Of a stretch of 64,000 nucleotides of DNA, positions 60,843 through 64,000 are shown piece by piece. The stretch covers positions 8,432,001 to 8,496,000 of the forward strand of contig OX442314.1 of NCBI GenBank assembly GCA_949358305.1. The letters are read 5' to 3'. How positions within the stretch are numbered: the stretch's first letter is position 1; each line of letters starts with the position of its first letter. The position numbers and the translations under genes were made by a program. The DNA is from Strigamia acuminata (Eukaryota). Below the pieces are notes generated by a model that saw only the letters and a list, made by a program, of their open reading frames with translations, had not been told where the DNA came from and did not search any database.

Positions 60843-61176
60843 ATAACGAATTATCGTTATAACAAATTATCGTTATAACGAATTATCGTTATAACGAATT
60901 ATCGTTATAACGAATTATCGTTATAACGAATTATCGTTATAACGAATTATCGTTATAACGAATTATCGTTATAACGAATTATCGTTATAACGAATTATCG
61001 TTATAACGAATTATCGTTATAACGAATTATCGTTATAACGAATTATCGTTATAACGAATTATCGTTATAACGAATTATCGTTATAACGAATTATCGTTAT
61101 AACGAATTATCGTTATAACGAATTATCGTTATAACGAATTATCGTTATAACGAATTATCGTTATAACGAATTATCG
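60843..61176. repeat. 18-bp quasi-palindromic tandem repeat (ATAACGAATTATCGTTAT)
   Basis: ~18 near-identical units expanded from the subterminal motif of the Tigger-like element. Confidence 0.92.
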
Positions 61177-61206
61177 AAAATGACTTGGTTGGCCAGCCAT
61201 AGAACC

Positions 61207-61797
61207 GGCCAGCACCAAATTTGCGCGACCCAAATTTGCGCCGTCTTTATTTTGGCTCAAATTTGCGCCGGCCCAAATTTGCGCGATTCAAATTTGCGCC
61301 GACCCAAATTTGCGCCGGTCCAAATTTGCGCTGGTCCAAATTTGCGCAACATACGTCACGACTGACCGCCAGGGCGCGCCTTGGGATACCCTCAACCCCC
61401 TTTGCGGGGTTTCTTCATTTCGTCGCCCTTCATTTAGTTGCCCTTTATTTAATTTCTGACCAATACTCAATGGAAGGAGAATTGCTTAAAAAAAGTGGTA
61501 AGGTTAGGTTCGCGGGGGGTCAAGGGGGGGCGCCAGCCCCCCCTTGTTAGGCATTCTTAGGAATACGAGAGGCGGACTCAGCCTAACAGCGGCGGCGACG
61601 AAATGTTCTGCGCATGCGTCGCGCTAATTTGACCACGCGCAAATTTGGGTCGGCGCAAATTTGGGTCGGCGCAAATTTGGGTCGGCGCAAATTTGAATCG
61701 CGCAAATTTGGTTTGCGCAAATTTGGGTCGGCGCAAATTTGAATCGCGCAAATACGGGTCGCGCAAATTTGATTTGCGCTAATCTGAACCCTGCCCG
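61207..61797. mobile_element. Nested non-autonomous element with inverted arrays of AAATTTGCGC
   Basis: Left array CCAAATTTGCGC repeated, right array GCGCAAATTTGG repeated, central GGGGGG..CCCCCC hairpin; boundaries approximate. Confidence 0.6.
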
Positions 61798-64000
61798 TGA
61801 ACACCATGTTAAATATTTTCGTTATAACGAATTTCGATATAACGAATTATTCGTTATAACAAACAAGTTTCAGGTACACTATAATACCCATAAGCTCTCG
61901 TTGCAACGAATTTTCAAAACTGATCACATCACTCACAACATCCGATGCCCATATTTAGAAAACAAAGGAAAATGAAAATGGCTGCCAAATGAAAGGCAAT
62001 TTTGATTTACGACAAGCTGAACATTATTGATGCCATTGACAATGGCAAGAAGCTCTCAATTGTAGCAGAGGAGTTTAATTTGTCCCGTTCTACAATTTCC
62101 AACAATTTTAAGGAATCAGGATAAAATTAACATGAAACTTGCAAGTGGTAATCAAGGTGTACAAAAAAAATAGTGTTTGGTGCTAAAATTTGATTTTTTC
62201 ACCTAATTCGTTTTAACGAATTCTCGTTATAACGAATCGATTCATCCGGTCCCTTGCGATTCGTTATAAAGAGTTTCGACTGTAGTGATATTTGAAAATT
62301 AGAACAAAGCATGTTTTTACCAGTACTAAGTGATTAGTTGTGTTGTTCCTTTGTAAACCTTCACTTCTACACTATCACTCCCAGGAGCCGATTGATCAGT
62401 CAAGCTATCAAGCAAGTCCCGAAGGGCCGACTGTCCAATATAGGCCGGGTCGTGGACAACCAAAGAAATTTTTGAAATGGTTGGATTCAAAATAAATGGA
62501 CTAATTTTTAAAACAATGCCTGAGCCAATATTCCTCTTCAATCCGACTCTGATCACTTCAGATCAATCAACCTATTCATCTGAAATGACTTCTCCAAACA
62601 GGATATGACGATTTTTACATCATATCTCCGAGAACTCGACTTGAAAGAATTTAAGTAAGAGGATTAAGATCACGTAAGTGAAATTGAAATCACTTTTTTT
62701 ACTTATAGAAGTGACTTATTTCTTTTGCACATGCTATTGGATGTTGTTACCACACGTTCCATCGTTGTAGTTCAGTTCAATAAACAATGCCAGCACACTG
62801 TATAGCATTTCGTTGTTGCACATTTTTATTGATATAAAATGGCAGCCATTGTTGCTACTACAACCCAGTTTGGTTTGTTTCAATTACATTTTGGTGTGAA
62901 CACAATTCCATCCAAGTGCATACTGGGAACTCTGTTCAGTTAGATCTGATCGGGCGGATCAGATCCAGCCAAACTCGATCCGTTGGTTTGAACATGGTAT
63001 TATAAAGCGTTCAATCAAGAATTCACTTTTTTAAGTGATTTATAAGATGAAGACAATTCAACTTTTAGAGTTTAAATACATTCTAATGATGCTGCTGTCG
63101 GGTAAATATAAGAAACTGCATATCCTCCATCTTTGACAGACTCGTATAAAAAAAATTAATAACAAACCTAGTTTTCATATTACAAAATATCAAAAAATAT
63201 ATTCAAATTGGCTGCAATTTGGTGAAAATAGGATTTTACTACAGGGTAGGTCAAATTGATCAAATAGTAGCAATGCGACTGGCTTAGCGTTTTCGAGGGT
63301 AGAACAAAAGGATGGATTGACTTTCATGAAATAACAATCGATCGTGGATTGTGGTTGGTCAGATAACTGATTACCGTTTATGTCACGTTTCATAGAGTAT
63401 ACGAGTATAAAAACCCCTTATTAACGGAGTTGGTTCAAAGTATTTTTTACACCCAAGACAAAACATGAAAACTGTGCAAACCTTCAGGAGAACTCCAAGG
63501 TGCCCCTACCGTAGGGCAGATGTGCAGTCAACAGTGCATGTCGTGCCCAGTACGGCGGCCCTTCTAAATACACCACTCAAGTAATGTCGGATTAAATTTT
63601 CAGACTAATTCAATAATATTTATTTAAATTATCAACAATAAATAAAATTCTATGTCAGAACAAATTTTTTTTTAATGTTAAAGAAATGCAAATGTCACAA
63701 CAAAAATGCAAATTAAATCTGAATTGCCAATTCCATAACTTTAAAAGTTTTTTTGCATAAACAAAAGAAAAAATTGAAAGAAAAAATTGTTCCGATTGTA
63801 TAATGTGTACAATTCTATCACCAAAAAATATATTATTAATATATATAAATATATAAAACTTGTATCTAGTCATTCATCATTTCTCTTCCTCCACCCAATA
63901 AAAAATAACAACTTCATCTCTTGGCAAAAGAAGATTTTGTTTATTCTTTTTCTTCTTCCCCCTTCATCCCAAGGCTAAACTGTAGTGTAGTTATGCTATC

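Larger units (their letters stand above)
60813..62282 (+). mobile_element. Tigger/pogo-like element relic
   Basis: TA-CAGTTTAAACTCTTTATAACGAATCGC ... GCGATTCGTTATAAAGAGTTTCGACTG-TA; CENP-B-type HTH remnant (KLNIIDAIDNGKKLSIVAEEFNLSRSTIS) at ~61978-62120. Confidence 0.75.

Noticed and set aside
60843..61176. Palindromic repeat array resembling CRISPR
   Set aside because: Head-to-tail units with no unique spacers, eukaryotic context, no cas genes

Overview
AT-rich animal genomic DNA, probably arthropod, densely packed with transposons. (1) A tandem cluster of six two-exon, minus-strand genes (7.1-23.1 kb) encodes small secreted CS-alpha/beta peptides. Five have the 8-Cys drosomycin/plant-defensin spacing, one has a 6-Cys short-toxin/defensin spacing, and three carry an N-terminal poly-His segment. 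(2) A young but damaged Ty1/copia element (14938-19518) sits inside a ~1.2-kb palindromic foldback element. (3) A 13.5-kb Ty3/gypsy element (29242-42716, near-identical 1131-bp LTRs) is inserted in an AT-rich 21-bp satellite. It has a -1 frameshift signal, four AT-hooks between RNase H and integrase, an extra non-Env ORF3 with CxxCxGxG motifs, and ~37 copies of the palindrome ACGCGT. (4) The last two coding exons of a globin X-like gene lie on + (44588-44819, 50932-51081); its first exon was not found in the window. (5) The rest includes many MITEs, a solo LTR, a Helitron carrying a Tc1 relic, a Tigger relic and minisatellites. The best candidates for undescribed biology are the gypsy ORF3/ACGCGT/AT-hook combination and the His-tagged, fast-evolving defensin-like cluster. 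All counts are by eye and no database searches were run.
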